Positions 42,007 through 57,450 of a stretch of DNA of 64,000 nucleotides are shown here, piece by piece. Origin of the DNA: the human T2T-CHM13v2.0 reference genome, Homo sapiens; assembly GCF_009914755.1 (NCBI RefSeq), contig NC_060925.1. The stretch is one strand, 5' to 3'. Position numbers and translations under genes: made by a program. How positions within the stretch are numbered: position 1 is the first letter of the stretch; each line of letters begins with the position of its first letter. The notes under the pieces were generated by a model. The model was not told the DNA's origin, made no database searches, and saw only the letters and a list, made by a program, of their open reading frames with translations.

Positions 42007-45000
42007 TACTGTTATGATCTCTACACTTATCTGCTTTTTATGAGATTATAAGCTTCTTGACTACATCTTTATTCACTCATTTATTCAGCTGAATTCATTC
42101 ATTCAACTCAGTTACTGTGCTACATACAGCCTACACAACATGTTAAGTTAAGACAGAGTTCTTAGGTTTAAGAAAAACCCTTGTATGGGATATAATTACA
42201 TTAAGCAATTATAATCCAGCGGGTTAGTGGAATGACATAGATACAAACATGGCAGCAGAAGAAGGTGAATTTCACCTAGCTGGGAGTAGAGGAATTGATT
42301 GACAAGAAAAACTTCTAGAAGGAGTTAATGTTGAGCTGAGGTTTTAGTATTGAACTGACAGGCGAAGAGGTGGATAATGTAATCAGCAGTGCTACCAGAC
42401 CATGTTCCTACATATAGTAGGTTCTTAACAAATATGCATAATCAAATTAAAATTGTTGCGTGAGTTTTCCTGTTTGTCATTCATATATTCTGCTGCCATG
42501 CAGACACAGTGAGAAGGACTTTAAAGCCATTGATCAGAAAAGACTTTATAAAAATGAAAAGTTTCATTTTTTTGAAATCTTCTGTCAAGCAGTCTCACAA
42601 TTGCACATCATGTTTAATAGTTTGGCAAATATTATGGGCTTTGTAGCTTTTATTTTCTTTAAAACCTCTGTATTTTTTTAGAGATTGCTAGATAAATACA
42701 TGATAACACTCCATGCAGAGTGCACAGAACAAAACATTCAAGGATAAATCCTAACAAGCTGAGGGGATAAAAGATTTTTAAAAAATCAACTTGCATTTCA
42801 GGTTTGTCTGGGCAAAAAAAAAAAGAATAAAAAGAATAGAAATGGCTTTTATTTAGTCCATTCAATAATTCAAATTACTAGAGAACAGTAGTGGTGTAGT
42901 CCCCAGGCAGAAAATTCTCCCATTTATTTTTAAAAATAATTTTTTATGCCAATGGTCTATTTCTACCACTTAATGAAAGCTGAAGATTGATGCTTCCCTA
43001 GTGAGCACAAAGAGCTGGCCAAATGTGACTGCAACACAGGTGACACATGTCGATACCTGTGGAATTATACAGCATAATAAAAATAGGCAGCCAGAGTTGG
43101 CGCTGGTGTTTTAACATTAAAAATATATTGTAAAGATATGAGAGAATGTCTGCTCCCAAAGATTTTTGTACCAGGAAAAGTACTGTAGATATTTCCAGTA
43201 TAAATGTACTTATATTCTTTTTTAAAAATAATATTGGCAAAAGTGTCTATAATATTGAACGTATGCATAAGATTTTTACATGAAATTTATTTAAATAACT
43301 TTTTGTTAACATAGTATTAAAGAAAAGAACAGTACTTTCCATGGCATATGCCCACATTTGTGCTTTAATCATAGCAACCTCGTTTTCCAAAGGTTTATTT
43401 ACATAAGTGCTTTCTTTGTAAATGTTACGTTAGAAAAAAATATACACATTCACGTAACCTTTTAAATCAACGACTGCTGGCAAAATGAATGGAGGAGACC
43501 AAAGAAATGTGCCAAAGTGGTTTGGAAATGTAGTTAGCCTTAGTACTGTTTATAAAATTTATTTTAACTTTGATGCCTGATTACATTGCAACACTTTTTC
43601 AAGAATCCATCTGGTGCTATAAGTATAGTGGGTAATCTGTGCTGAAAAGGGAATTTGGAAGGTGTTAAGTACATTGCCTCATGTGGATCTTTGACTAGGC
43701 TTTTCAGGCAGATGTACTTCTGAGTGATTAAAATCTGGTGAACCTGACCTTACCTCTTCATCTTGTGCACTGGAGGCCAGCTTTTCCAGAGTGGGCCTCC
43801 ACACCAGGGCCTTTTTAGTGGATGTTAATGAGAACAAAGAAACCTCCTCCTAACATGGCGAAAGGTCTTGTCATCAGACAGACTATTTTTCACTTTCTAG
43901 ATGCATTATTTAAAGGAGCTGATGAAATTGACCCATTGTTTTGATCTTGGATGAACAAAGTCTGCAAAGATAATGCTAGAAAAAAACAGCAGGAGCAGTC
44001 ATAAGCTTCCTAATGAATAAGGGAAACTTTTAATTAGTCATTCAAATTATTTTTAAATTTATCAAACTCACTTTTATCATCCAGATGTCATATTTTCTCA
44101 ATTCACTTGGTAAATCTTTTCTTCGGTTTGGCTTGTTAATATGGACTTAAATGTTGTAATTGAGTGATGAAAAACAGTTATTTTCACTACTTAAGTTCTG
44201 GATTATCTTTATAGATGCTTTACTTTAGAAATACAAATATGTTTAAAACTGGGAGAGATACCAGCAAAACCTATTTCAATCACTTTTCACGTTGACTTTC
44301 TGAGGGTAATTAAAGAAAATTCTTCCTCTATTATATTCTTTTTTTTTTTAACCCTCTGGGCCAAATTCTTTGTCTAGATTACACTACCATCTGTTTTCAT
44401 TTGTTTGGTATTTAGTTACAATTGTTTCACAGGGTATATTTTTGAATAATAATTAATAGAAATAAATCAAACCTTTCAGAGAAATAATTCTCATATGTGG
44501 AATAGAAAAACCAGATGAATATATATCTGGAAATATCAAGTTAATTTTCAAAGTAAGGACTAGGGATTTTGCCTTGTGGCCTTGATCAAGGTCGATAGGA
44601 CTCATGTGGGTAAGTCTTGGCACAGTGCTCTGAAAATGCTATCTCCTACCAAAAGCTAAGGAAACTGGAACCAGGTAAAAGACATCAAGAAAACACAGGG
44701 GCATAAAAGGAAGAAAACCTAGTAACCCATATTTTGTAGAGCTAGAATAAGTTGTTGTGTTAAATCATTTAGTATTTTTGGTGTTATATTGGAGGTAAAA
44801 TTTTATACTCCAAAGCAACCATGACTAATTCTTCTACCTGCTGTTCCCTGGGTTTCTATATTATTTCACTGCTGTTTTCTTTCCTTGGCTCTGCTGACGG
44901 CAGCTTTCCTCTCTTGGGAAAAAGTGATGAGGAGTCCAATTTTTCATTTTTCAATATGGTCTAAAAATTTCATCTGCATGCTGATCTCACTTTGAAACCG

Positions 45001-47579
45001 GTGGAGTCTCTGACCCTGGAAGAAGTATTTAACTAAATGAGAAACAGCTTGTGGGAAAATGACAGGGGAATCATTTTATCATGCTAATGTACATTTCAAA
45101 TCCAAATGCAAAACATGATGGTCAATAGAGGCAAAATCATCTGACGAAGGCCATAATGCCAGGAAATATTATGTCAAAAACTCATTCAGTTCGTGGTAGC
45201 CAGTGTCTCAATTAGACATAGAGCATAATAAAAAAAGCAAATGTTAATGTCATTAAATTAACGAAATTAATGTTGAGTTACTATTATTTAGCATAATTCA
45301 ATACTTGTTTGAACTCTTAATGAACAGTTTAACAGGATCTATAATTTTTTATTGCCTATGGCTAGAAATAGCTTTGCAGATTTACAAATAGTACATCTTA
45401 TTACATTATATTATAGAAGGTTATCTGTATTACTTATATGTTATTATAGAATGATAATTATTTGCAGGCATAGTCAGAAACATGGTCATCCCCTGAGAAC
45501 ATTATTTTCCTTACAGATCTGTCCAGTGGAAGGCTCACTCCCTAAAGTTTTTCACTTTTTTTGAAATAGGAAGTGTTGCCATTCTCCCAGACTTACATTT
45601 TACTTTACAATTTACAAAAGCTTTTACAACATGATTCTGAAACCATTTGCTACCCTTCCGTATCTTTTTTGTCATTTGCCTTTCATTAACATTGGTGTAA
45701 AGTAATTTACATAAATAAAAAATGTAAATTCTTTTTTACATTTCAGGGATTTATTGAGGACGTTGATTCCCATCTCAGTCTTTCTTATCTCTCCACCTTC
45801 TATTATCCTGTGTGATTTCACCACATAAATCTCCCCCAAATATTCAGACTTTTATCACTCCTTATTTACTCTATACCATGACTCATATCTCCATGAATTT
45901 TGCCCTCCCCTGAAATTGAGCATCCACACATTAGGATTAGAAAGCTTAAGCTCCATTACGTTTTTTTCTGAGTACAGCATCATTTCTTTTCAGACATGCC
46001 TGCACACCTATTCTTTGATCTTATTGAAACTTTCAGTCCCTTGACACCCAACTATTTCTTCTAGCCTCTGAATTTATTTTAGACATTCCTTCCTTTTCAA
46101 AACACATAGTTCATCACTTCAAGAGTCCTTTAGCTACCAGCCTCAATTCCTTTGTCTCCTTGCCTTTCTGTGTCCTTCCCTATAATCTTGCAAACTTTTA
46201 AAGCTTGTCTTCTTCTTCCTGTGTACAAGGACAATCACAATATTTAACAGCTACTCTCTCATTTATTTCAACAATTACGTCGATCCTTCCTTGAGCATAT
46301 AAAGCACCTAAGTCTGCAAGCTCCCCTGCAGACTTAGACCACTACAATCTTGATTCCTATTTCAAAGAGACAAGTAGAAGCCACGAGGCAGGAACTTAAA
46401 GCACATTAAAAGCACACAGAAAAAAAAATACCACATGTTAAAACACATTGAAAACACACAGATAAATGCACAAGAAATAAAAAATGTATCTCAAGATTAC
46501 ACACTACATTATGTGTCATCAGTTTATCTTTATAATAACCTTGTGTGTGTCCATGTTTAAGCCTTAACTTGACCAGTGAAATTCAGGCTCAACAATATTG
46601 AGGGTTTTGTCTAATGTCACACTGCTAGTGGTAGAGATCAAGCCATTAATTCCACCATATTTTGTTAATTATCTTTTCACATGCAAATTTTCAAATGAAA
46701 AAGTATGCTCCTTATTCATTGTATTTATCACAACGCTTAGCCCAAAACCTTATAAATAATTATATATTCTATATATTTTACAACAAAGCAGTATATAAAA
46801 GCTATATACTTTATGGCAACAATATCCATTTCTTGACTAATCATGAAAATTCTAATCGGACACTATTGCCCTTAAAATAAAGTGAAGAAGTGACACTTAT
46901 GGGATTGTCTGCCTTTATTCTTAATTTTTTCCTTCAGTTTGCAGTTATGTACAACTACAATCTTGCCATCCAGAAAGACTAAAGGGATAAAACAATGTCT
47001 ACAGGAAAGATACACATGTGGAAATCATTAGAATCATGTGGAAATTATTTAAGATTTTGAGCTCAGGTAAGAGGCACATAGGTTATTTATTGTACGTTAT
47101 TTATTTTACTCCTGCCTTTTAGACACAACTTGGTGTTGCTAGCAAATAAGCTGACTAATCTAAAATATGCAAATTCTATGGTGGAATCTGGGTTTTAACC
47201 ATGACACAATGATCCGGTACTTTAAATGCTGCGCACATAACATATAATCATGCAAACTACACTAACAAAGTCCAACTCAAGGAAGTGTAACAGAAACCGC
47301 TTTCTAATGGCAGCCAATGAAGGTTGGCATGATGTTTTTAATGTTTAAAATGAGTAATGGTTTACATTACTGAACTGCAAAACTATACTGCTGACTCTTA
47401 ATGACTTTCTTGACTGTTAAAAGATTTCCCTCACATTCTCCAAATGCCTGAAAATATAGAAAAAGAAAAATCTGAAATACTAAGATTATATTTATAAACT
47501 ACACCTGGAGAAAATGTTTCCAGTGGTCCTAAAACCACTATGTTACGCAAATAAAACAATTTTACTTTAAAAAATCTCA

Positions 47580-47969
<390 letters not shown>

Positions 47970-49549
47970 CTAATAGATATTTGTCAATACATTAAATCAA
48001 AGATATTTTTTCAAATTACTTTTCTTACACAGTTGTGAAATTATTATTTGTAGATATTGCTTTTCAGTCCTATTGTGGATATTGCTTTTCCATGAAAAAA
48101 CAATGCAATAACATTACTCTTGCCTGAAGTATTAACAGCTCAAAAGTAATTTTTCTGCTTTAATTTTTTTCTGCTAGTTTTTTGGATGTCATTGCTCTTC
48201 CATTCTCAAAGTGTCATGTCTGATTGAATGCATTTTGATAAACTCTTTTTGCCTATGTTAAGTGTGCATCTTTATTTTAGAGGCTAAATTACACCAAAAA
48301 GATTTAATACACATTTTAAATCCAGGACACTCTTAAGAGAAATACTTTGATGCCAAGATAGTAGTATTCTGATTGAAAATTGATACTTGTGTTATTTACT
48401 GAGCAAGAATTCAAGAACATTTTCTTTCATAAGGTAACGTAAAAAGAAAAGGAAACCACATTAGCAAAAGTGTGGCTGAATTTTAAAACCACCCTGTGCA
48501 GTGTGAATCAAGTTACTAATTGCCTAATATGATATAAAGTCTGATATGAGAAATGTTGGAAATCTCAACCATAAAACTGATGTCATTAAACCATCATAAG
48601 CAGAACACTGTGCATCTTTGTCCTATTAACATACATAATTAGAGTCCCTTTGTTCATTTCATGGAAATTATAATATTTTTCCAATTGCACCAGCCAGATC
48701 ATTTGCATTCCTTTAACATTCTGTAGTATCAGCTCATCTAATGAGTATCAGCTCATTAGATGTATTAATAAAGAATTGTTAAATATGAGGTGACAAGAGG
48801 ATCAACAAATGCAACAAATGACTGTATTTTGCTATCAGTAGGGGAAAACTCTTGAAGGTATTAGAAAGAACTAGGCCAGATGGTGAAGTGTTTTATCAGA
48901 GTTTAAATTACATTGAGGTAGTTTGATATATAGAGTAATACCTGCTAAAACGTTAGAAACAAAATCACAGTAAAATCACATCTAACTTCAGAAATATGTG
49001 CCTGTCCTAGGGTTGGGTATTGTTCCAAATGTATCCCTTTCTGCTGTGATAGTATTGGGAAAGATATAGGGGTTTACATGTAATCATTTTACTTTGAATT
49101 AGATTGATAGCTTGCTCCATCAGGATTGGCAGCAGCAGTAGCAGACTTTGCCAGTATTATATTCTAAGATTTAAAAAATGACTCTCTAGAGCGATTATGA
49201 GGCAGATACAAAATTATACATCTTAGAGTGAATGACTCCTCTGGAAATATCTTTTTGACTGGTACGCTCTTAGGGTCCATCTGACTTTCATCTGATAACT
49301 CTATTAATTGTTTATGTGAATCTTTTTCATCTAATAAGCAGATAGAAATTTCATTTTGAGAAAATCTCACCCACCTCAAAATCCTTACTCTTCATCCAAT
49401 TATATTTTACTGAATTGAATTTCAAAGAGGAGTCTTGGATGCATCATAGTGAATATGCATAATATCAAGAAAAGGGATTTAATTTGGCAGAACAAGTAAA
49501 AAGTAAACACAGAGATTTTCAAATTGGTAAAATTTGCCTGGTATTGATT

Positions 49550-51305
49550 GATTTATTTTTTATGGTTAAATAGTACTCCACTGTGCACATATAATACATT
49601 TTCTGTATTCATTCTTCTGTTGATGGACACTTGGGTTGCCTCCAAATCTTAGCGATTATAAACAATGCTACAACAAACATGGGAATGCAGATATCTTTTT
49701 GATATACTAATTTTCTTTCTTTTGGATATACACCCACAGTGGGATTGCTGGATCATATGGTAGCTCAATTTTTAGTTTTTTGAGCAACCTCCAAACTATT
49801 CTCCACAGTGGTTGTACTAATTTACATTCCCACCAACAGTATACAAGAGTTCCCTTTTCTCCATATCCTTGCCAACATTTGTTTTTGTCTCTCTTTTGGA
49901 TATAAACCATTTTAGCTGGGGTGAGATGTTATCTCATTTTAGCTTTCATTTGTGTTGTTCTGATGATTAATGATGTCGAGCACATTTTCATATGCCTGCT
50001 TGCCATTTATATGCTGTCTTTTCAGAAAAATCTAGCCAAGGTTAGCCCTTGGATGAAATGTTTTGTAAATATTTATTAGATCCATTTGTTCTATAGTACA
50101 CATGAAGTCTAACTTTTCTTTGTTGATTTTCTGTATGGAAGATCTGTCCAATCCTGAAAGTGGCATGTTGAAGTCTCCAGTTATTATTGTATTGGGGCCT
50201 GTCTCTCTCTTTAGCTCTAACAATATTTCCTTTACATATCTGGGTGCTCTAATATATATATATGGGTGTATCTACATTTAAAATTGTTATATCCTCTTCC
50301 TGAATTGACCTCTTTATAATTATCAGTATAGAGTGACCTTCTTTGTCTCTTATAGTTTTTGTCTTAAAATCTATTCTGTCTGATATAAGTACAGCTTTTT
50401 TTTTGCTGTTTGTTTCCATTGGCATGGAATATCTTTTTCCATCCCTTTATTTTCAGTCTGTGTGTCTTTATAGGTGAAGTGGGTTTCTTGTAGGCAACAA
50501 ATCCATAGGTCTTGTTGTTTTCATCCACTCAGCCAGTCTACGTCTTTTAATTGGAGAGTTTAGTCCATGTACATTCACCGTTGTTATTGAGAGGAAAATA
50601 CTCCTGTTATTTTGTTATTTGTTTTCTGGTTGTCCTATAGTCTTTTCTTCATTCTTTGCTTTCTTCCCGTCTTCCTCTAGTGAAGGTGATTTTCTCTAGT
50701 TTTATGATTTAGTTTCTTGCTTTTTGTTTTTTGTATATCCATTGTATGTTTTTTTTGGTTTGATGGTATCATGAGGCTTGCAAATACTATCTTATAACTC
50801 ATCATTTTAATCTGATAGCAACTTAACGCTATTTGCATAAACAAATAAATAAGCAAAAATAAAACTAATAAAAACTCTATGCCTTAACTTCGTCCCCCTG
50901 CTTTTTAACTTTTTGTTGTTTCTACTTATGTATTATTGTAATAACTAGGTCTTGAATAGTTGTTGTAGTTATTACTTTTGATTGGTTCATCATTTAGTCT
51001 TTCTACTTAAGAGTAGTTTACACATCACAGTTAAAGTGTTATAATATTCTGTGTTTCTCTGTGTACTTATGATTACTAGTGAGTTTTGTACCTTCAGGTG
51101 ATTCTTTATTGTTCATCAATGTCCTTTTCTTTCTTGTAGCACAGGTCTAGTGTTAATGAAATCTCTCAGCTTTTGTTTGCCTGAGAAAGTCTTTACTTCT
51201 CTTTCATGTTTGAAGGAAATTTTTGCCAGATATACTATTCTAGGGTAAACCTTTTTTCCTCCAGCACTTTAAATATATCATGCCACTCTTTCCTGGCCTG
51301 TAACA
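49550..51305 (-). mobile_element. L1MA-type element with most of ORF2 missing
   Basis: Remnant 49707-49910 encodes the ORF2 C-terminus ([12 protein letters not shown]...[10 protein letters not shown]); 50032-50223 encodes endonuclease-domain sequence (IITGDFNMPLS..LDRSS); the two abut at ~50035. Confidence 0.88.
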
Positions 51306-51483
51306 ATTTCTGCTTGGTTGTTTTTTTTTTCATGCTACAGTGAACACCTGGAGATATATTTTATTTTTTTTATTTTTATTTTTGACTTATAATGCCATAG
51401 GTTACTTTTATTCATGTTTGGGCCACATATAATTAGAATCATACATTATGTATTCTTCTGGGTATGGCTATCTTTTTTACTGT

Positions 51484-51605
51484 TTTTTATTATTACTTTA
51501 TTTTATTTTTATTTTTATTTTATTTTCAGTTCCAGGATACATGTGCAGGATGTGCGGGTTTGCTACATAGGTAAACATGTGCCGTGGCGGTTTGCTGTAC
51601 CTATT
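51484..51605 (-). mobile_element. Short L1PA 3' end with T-rich tail
   Basis: 'ggatacatgtgcaggatgtgcgggtttgctacataggtaaacatgtgcc'. Confidence 0.85.
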
Positions 51606-51868
51606 GAGGTTCTTTTTAAGTATTTCAATATCTTTGTTGAATTTATCTGATAGAATTTTTAATTTATGCTCTGTGTTGTTCTGAATTTCTTTGAATTTCC
51701 CCAACGCAGCTCTTTTTAATTCCTTGTCTGAATGGTCATATATCTCTGTTTCTCCAGGATTGGTCCCTGATGCCTTATTTAGTTCATTTGGTGAGGTCTT
51801 ATTTTCCTGGATGATGTTGATGCTAGTAGACATTCTTCAGTGTCTGGGGATTAAAGAGTTAGGTATTG
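51606..51868 (-). mobile_element. L1M ORF1 N-terminal fragment
   Basis: ORF 51498-51833 peptide 'TSPNELNKASGTNPGETEIYDHSDKELK...ILSDKFNKDIEILKK' resembles L1M ORF1p. Confidence 0.8.
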
Positions 51869-51869
51869 A

Positions 51870-52830
51870 GAAAAGAGGCAAGATTTCCAATTAGAAGTAG
51901 TCTATGGTGTGTGGCACTCATGGAGAGAAATAAAAGGGGTGAGTGAATATAACACCTTTAACTGAAATATTCATGTACTTGTGTTGGGAATAATCAGGAA
52001 AACAACTCGACCCATGGAGAATGAAGAAATGCAGGGCAGGGTGATGGCACACCTGGGAGCAACATGAAGCCAAGAGAACCCCCACCCCTAGACAAGGGAA
52101 GCAGTGGGTGAATGTGCGACCCCAGGAAACCACAGATTGGGAGATCCCCTCATAAGCCCACGCCACCAGGAACTTGGGTCCAACACACAGAGCTGTGTGA
52201 GACCCAGGAACTTTACATACTCTGGCCCTGAGATCCCCAACAGAGGTGACTAAAACTCAGGCAAGGTGGGAGGTCTGTACATATCCCTGGGAAGGTGGCT
52301 GAATCCAGGGGGCTGAGCAGTGTCTGTCTGCAGGCCCCACTTCCCCACTTCCAACTTCCTTGCAGGCCCCATGGAATGGGGCTTATCCACCTCTCAAGAT
52401 AAGACCTGCTGGCTTAGAATTCTAGCCAGTCACTGGCAACAAGGCAGAGCCTACCTGAGATGGGATGGGGCCCCTGGGGAAAGGGGCAGGTTGCCAGCTT
52501 TGTTGTTTGGTTGACAGCCATTCCAGTCTATGGGCTTTGGAGCATCCAAACAGTGCAGATGAGGAAGGGTCCTCTCAGCACAGCACAGCTGCTTTGCCAG
52601 AACATAGCTAGACTGCTTCACTGAGCTGGATCTCAATTCATTTCTCACTAGGTGGGATCTCCCAGATGGGGCCTCCAGCTACCTCCACCCACCTGTGTTC
52701 TATGGACAGAGCTCTGATCTCTCCCTGGGATAGAGTGCCCAGGGGGAGGGGTGAGCTGCCATCTTGGCTGTTTGGATAACTCAGCCATTCCAGCTTGTGG
52801 TCTTTGGAGAGTCCAAGCTGTCCAGGGCAG
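51870..52830 (+). mobile_element. Isolated L1PA13/14-like 5' UTR
   Basis: 'gaggcaagatttccaattagaag...aacaactcgacccatggagaatg...gtgaatgtgcgaccccaggaaaccac' plus internal repeated blocks at ~52485 and ~52750. Confidence 0.75.
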
Positions 52831-53529
52831 CTTGGCGAAGCTTTCTATTCCACCATCTTGATCCCTGCCTGGTATTGATTTATGTCAAAATGTTTTTCTT
52901 CACATTTGTTTCTACTTCAGACACCTCAATGTTTCTTAGAGTGCCTGGTAAGCATTCTTTCCTCCTCAAAACCACCACTGGGGGTTAACATTATCAACGT
53001 TAATCCAGTATTTATTGGTACAGGAGCAAATTAATCCGATAATATATTTACACTGAATTATAAAGGACTGGATATGTTATACTTCCCAAAATTGTAATTA
53101 AAGAATAGATTTCCAAAAGTCCTAGAGAGAAGACTAATTAAAAGAAGAAAAACATTACTAACAGTGGAGGAATTCTGTGGACCTTGGGAGCCAAATAGCA
53201 GTCATTTAATTCCATTATGCAGTCAGCATTACTCTGCTTATGCATAAAATTTGTGTTAATATACCCTATCTTTTAAAAAGTTCAATTAGTACATATAGTT
53301 ATTGGTATTTTTAGTAATAAAGCATAAACTTGAGTTTAAAGGTAATTATTGTATTGTCACATCATTATTTCTTCTGAATCTTTACAAATTAGTTTCCAGA
53401 ATAATGAACTTTTTCTTTTCATGTATGTTCTTTTTCCTCCTATAATCCAAATGCAAATTTCTTTCTTTCTATTTATAAGCTGTAGTTAATTTCCTCATGG
53501 CATTGGGTAGGACACATAGTAATTTATCC

Positions 53530-54195
53530 TTGTATGGGGGAAAGTAAGGGAGGAGAAAAAGAGACACTGCTTGGTAATCCGGGGAATTCTGGATCCAAGA
53601 CTACCAAGGTGTTACCTCTACAAGTCTGCAAGATTCATAGCATTACTGGGCTTGGGCTTCCTCCTAATGCAGACTCAGCGGCAGTGACCAAAGACTTAGA
53701 TCACGACACTCAATTTTCATTGGCCTTCTCAAAAGGTCGGTCACAAACAAGCCCAGACTGTGAAGATTACAAAAAACACCTAACTCTTCAATGCCTAGAT
53801 ATTGATAAACATCCACAAGCATCAAGACCATTTAGGAAAACATGACCTCAACAAATAAGCTAATAAAAGCTCCAGCGACCAATTCTACAGTGACAGAGAT
53901 ATGTGACTTTTCATACAGATAATTAAAAATAGCTATTTTAAGGAAGCTCAACAAAATTCAAAATAACAGAGAAGGAATTCTGAATCCTATCAGATAAATT
54001 TAACAAACAAATTGAAATAATTTTTTGAAAATCAAGCAGAAATTCTAGAACTGAAAAATGGAACTGACATACTGAATAATGCATCAGAATCTCAACAGCA
54101 GAATCAATCAGCAGAAGAATTAGTGAGCTTGAAGACAGGCTATTTGAAAATACAAAGAGGAGACAAAAGAAAGAATAAAAAGAATGAAGCACACC
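53530..54195 (+). mobile_element. L1M (L1MA-age) 5' UTR/ORF1 fragment
   Basis: 'ggggaaagtaaggga...ctggtaatcc-like...acaaacaagcccagactgtgaagattacaa...gaattagtgagcttgaagacaggctatttgaaaatac'. Confidence 0.8.
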
Positions 54196-54323
54196 AACTT
54201 GTCAATAAATGTGCAAAGTTATTTTATTTTAACATTCTTTTATTTCATATACATTTCTGGTTCTTTGATTTCTCCTTTGAACTGGTTGTGACATCTTAAC
54301 AGTTTCCCTTATTCTGTTAATGA

Positions 54324-54687
<364 letters not shown>

Positions 54688-55676
54688 AGATATGCAGGTC
54701 TTTTAAGATTTGTCACTTAACATTGCAAAAGCACACAGAGCATCTTCTTGTGTAACAAATAGTAACAGTCTTATATTGGTTGGGCCACATTACAAAAGCA
54801 GGTATAAATTGAAGTAAATTATAGTAAATTATATTACTTGTAATAGATCTCTCTTCATATTTCTTGTCTTGTACTTCATAAGGTGAGTATTCCCTGGCTT
54901 TAAGAATAAAAACTAAATACTAAACCAAGAAGGAGTTTTTTTATAATTACCATTATATCTGATAAAGTAATGTGTTCTCACTGTATATTTTTATATGAAG
55001 AAATAAGATATTCAATTTAATTCAAATAAACTGAGTTCAATTCAAATCAACATACCTCTACAGGTGTTCTATAGTTGTTGCAAAGATGTTTTAAATTTTA
55101 AAAAATAAAATTATCCTTTTCATCCACATTAGGTATGTTTTGTGCAGTTTTTAGAAATTCTTATGAAAATTATTTCATAATTACAAGGTACTTTTCAGAT
55201 TTGTATATAAGCAATAACCAGTAACCAATTACTAACATTTCTCCTGGGCAGTGTCTTCTTATAAAAAAGAAAATAGTTTTTTACCTCTGGTCTTACTCAG
55301 ACATAGATATTTTTCAGCTATTTATGCCAGTCCCTTAGCCTTCATTAGCACCAAATTGTTATTCACAATGAAGAGAAAATATTTACCAATGGAAAACATG
55401 TTGACATAGTGAAATAATCCATTCTAGCTATTAAATTCTGGAAGATAAAACTAAATATACAGGTTTCTAACCTGAGGAGATATTTTCATGCTCAATTGCA
55501 ACTGTTTGAAAATCTTTTAAGGAAGGAGGTACTTATATTTGTAATTACCTTGACTGAATATAAACAATACACAAATACTTCATTAGGCAATTTCTTATGA
55601 CTTTTTTTTTTTTTAAAGAAAAGCATACGGTTTTGCATATCTAATGCTCTGGCACCTTGAAATGGAAGGCATCAAA

Positions 55677-55762
55677 TATTAGTCACCTCTAGCTGCTATA
55701 ATGAAATACCACATTAATTTCTTGTAAATAACAGAAATTTATTTTCTTGTCGTTCCGGAGGC

Positions 55763-55765
<3 letters not shown>
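55677..55765 (-). mobile_element. MST/MLT1A LTR terminal fragment
   Basis: 'tattagtc...gctgctataatgaaataccac...aacagaaatttatt...gttccggaggctgg'. Confidence 0.65.
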
Positions 55766-56640
<875 letters not shown>

Positions 56641-57249
56641 TAGTTGTATTTCTTTAAGCGTGTCTTTTCAATATCTCTCATGTTTCTGGTATAGATGGTA
56701 TATATGTTAATCTTGTTCCTGAGGTCTGTTTTTTATTTTTGTCATTAAAGTGGGAATTAAATAGTTTTGTAGTGCATATAAATTAAAGAAAAAGTTCACA
56801 TAAGCATATTTGCCAATCATCTCAAAATGCTATATTCTCCTTCACGGTTTTGAAAATAATTCAGGGTTTTCTCTTCCTCATTGCTTTCCCACCAACTGAC
56901 AGTATTATTTTCTTAGTCATTTTACTGACCTTTGAAATTACTCCTTTGAGGTCTTCTAAAAAATTTTATGGGCTCTGCTGCTTTTTGGTGGCCTCCTTGT
57001 ATCATTTATTCTATTACAGGACGACTTACAAAAGGAAGCACATAAATTGACCCATATACATATCCTATCATTGGGGAGTTTCTGTGCAAATGTTATTTAT
57101 TGGAAGCTATTACTAAGAATTGTAAGAAAAATAATTGGTATTGATGCAGCTAGTATGGTTCCTGTAATTATCGTACTCAGCCACGTAAATCATAGCTATA
57201 TGTAGCCAAAGATCCATGAACAAAATTTCCAGTAACATCATTATAATTC

Positions 57250-57450
57250 AAAAGGCAGACTTTCAGAACCAGACAGACTTGAATTTAAATTCTAGCTTTA
57301 CCACACATGAATTTAACCTTGTGGAAGGTTAACCTATCTAAACTCATGTTTCTTCATTGGTAGCTGATAAAATTAAGGATCATGTATATAACCACCTAGT
57401 AGAGTTGTTTAAGAAACTGTTAGAATTCCATAAATTGTTAGTATTAATGA
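57250..57450 (+). mobile_element. MIR
   Basis: 'gactttcagaaccagacagacttgaatttaaattctagct...gtttcttcattggta'. Confidence 0.55.

Larger units (their letters stand above)
40998..42323 (+). repeat. ~220-bp dispersed direct duplication (40998-41218 and 42097-42323)
   Basis: Shared blocks 'attcattcaactcagtt', 'cacaacatgttaag', 'gggttagtggaatgacat', 'gatacaaacatggcagca', 'ttcacctagctgggagtagagga', 'aaaacttctagaagga'. Confidence 0.9.

Noticed and set aside
52485-52830. Repeated ~75-bp blocks ('gtttgg...cagccattccag...ctttggag')
   Set aside because: Most likely intrinsic repeats of the old primate L1 5' UTR.
51606-54010. Inverted homology between 51606-51868 (-) and ~53800-54010 (+) as an inversion or hairpin
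   Set aside because: Both are L1M ORF1 fragments with substantial divergence; independent insertions suffice.
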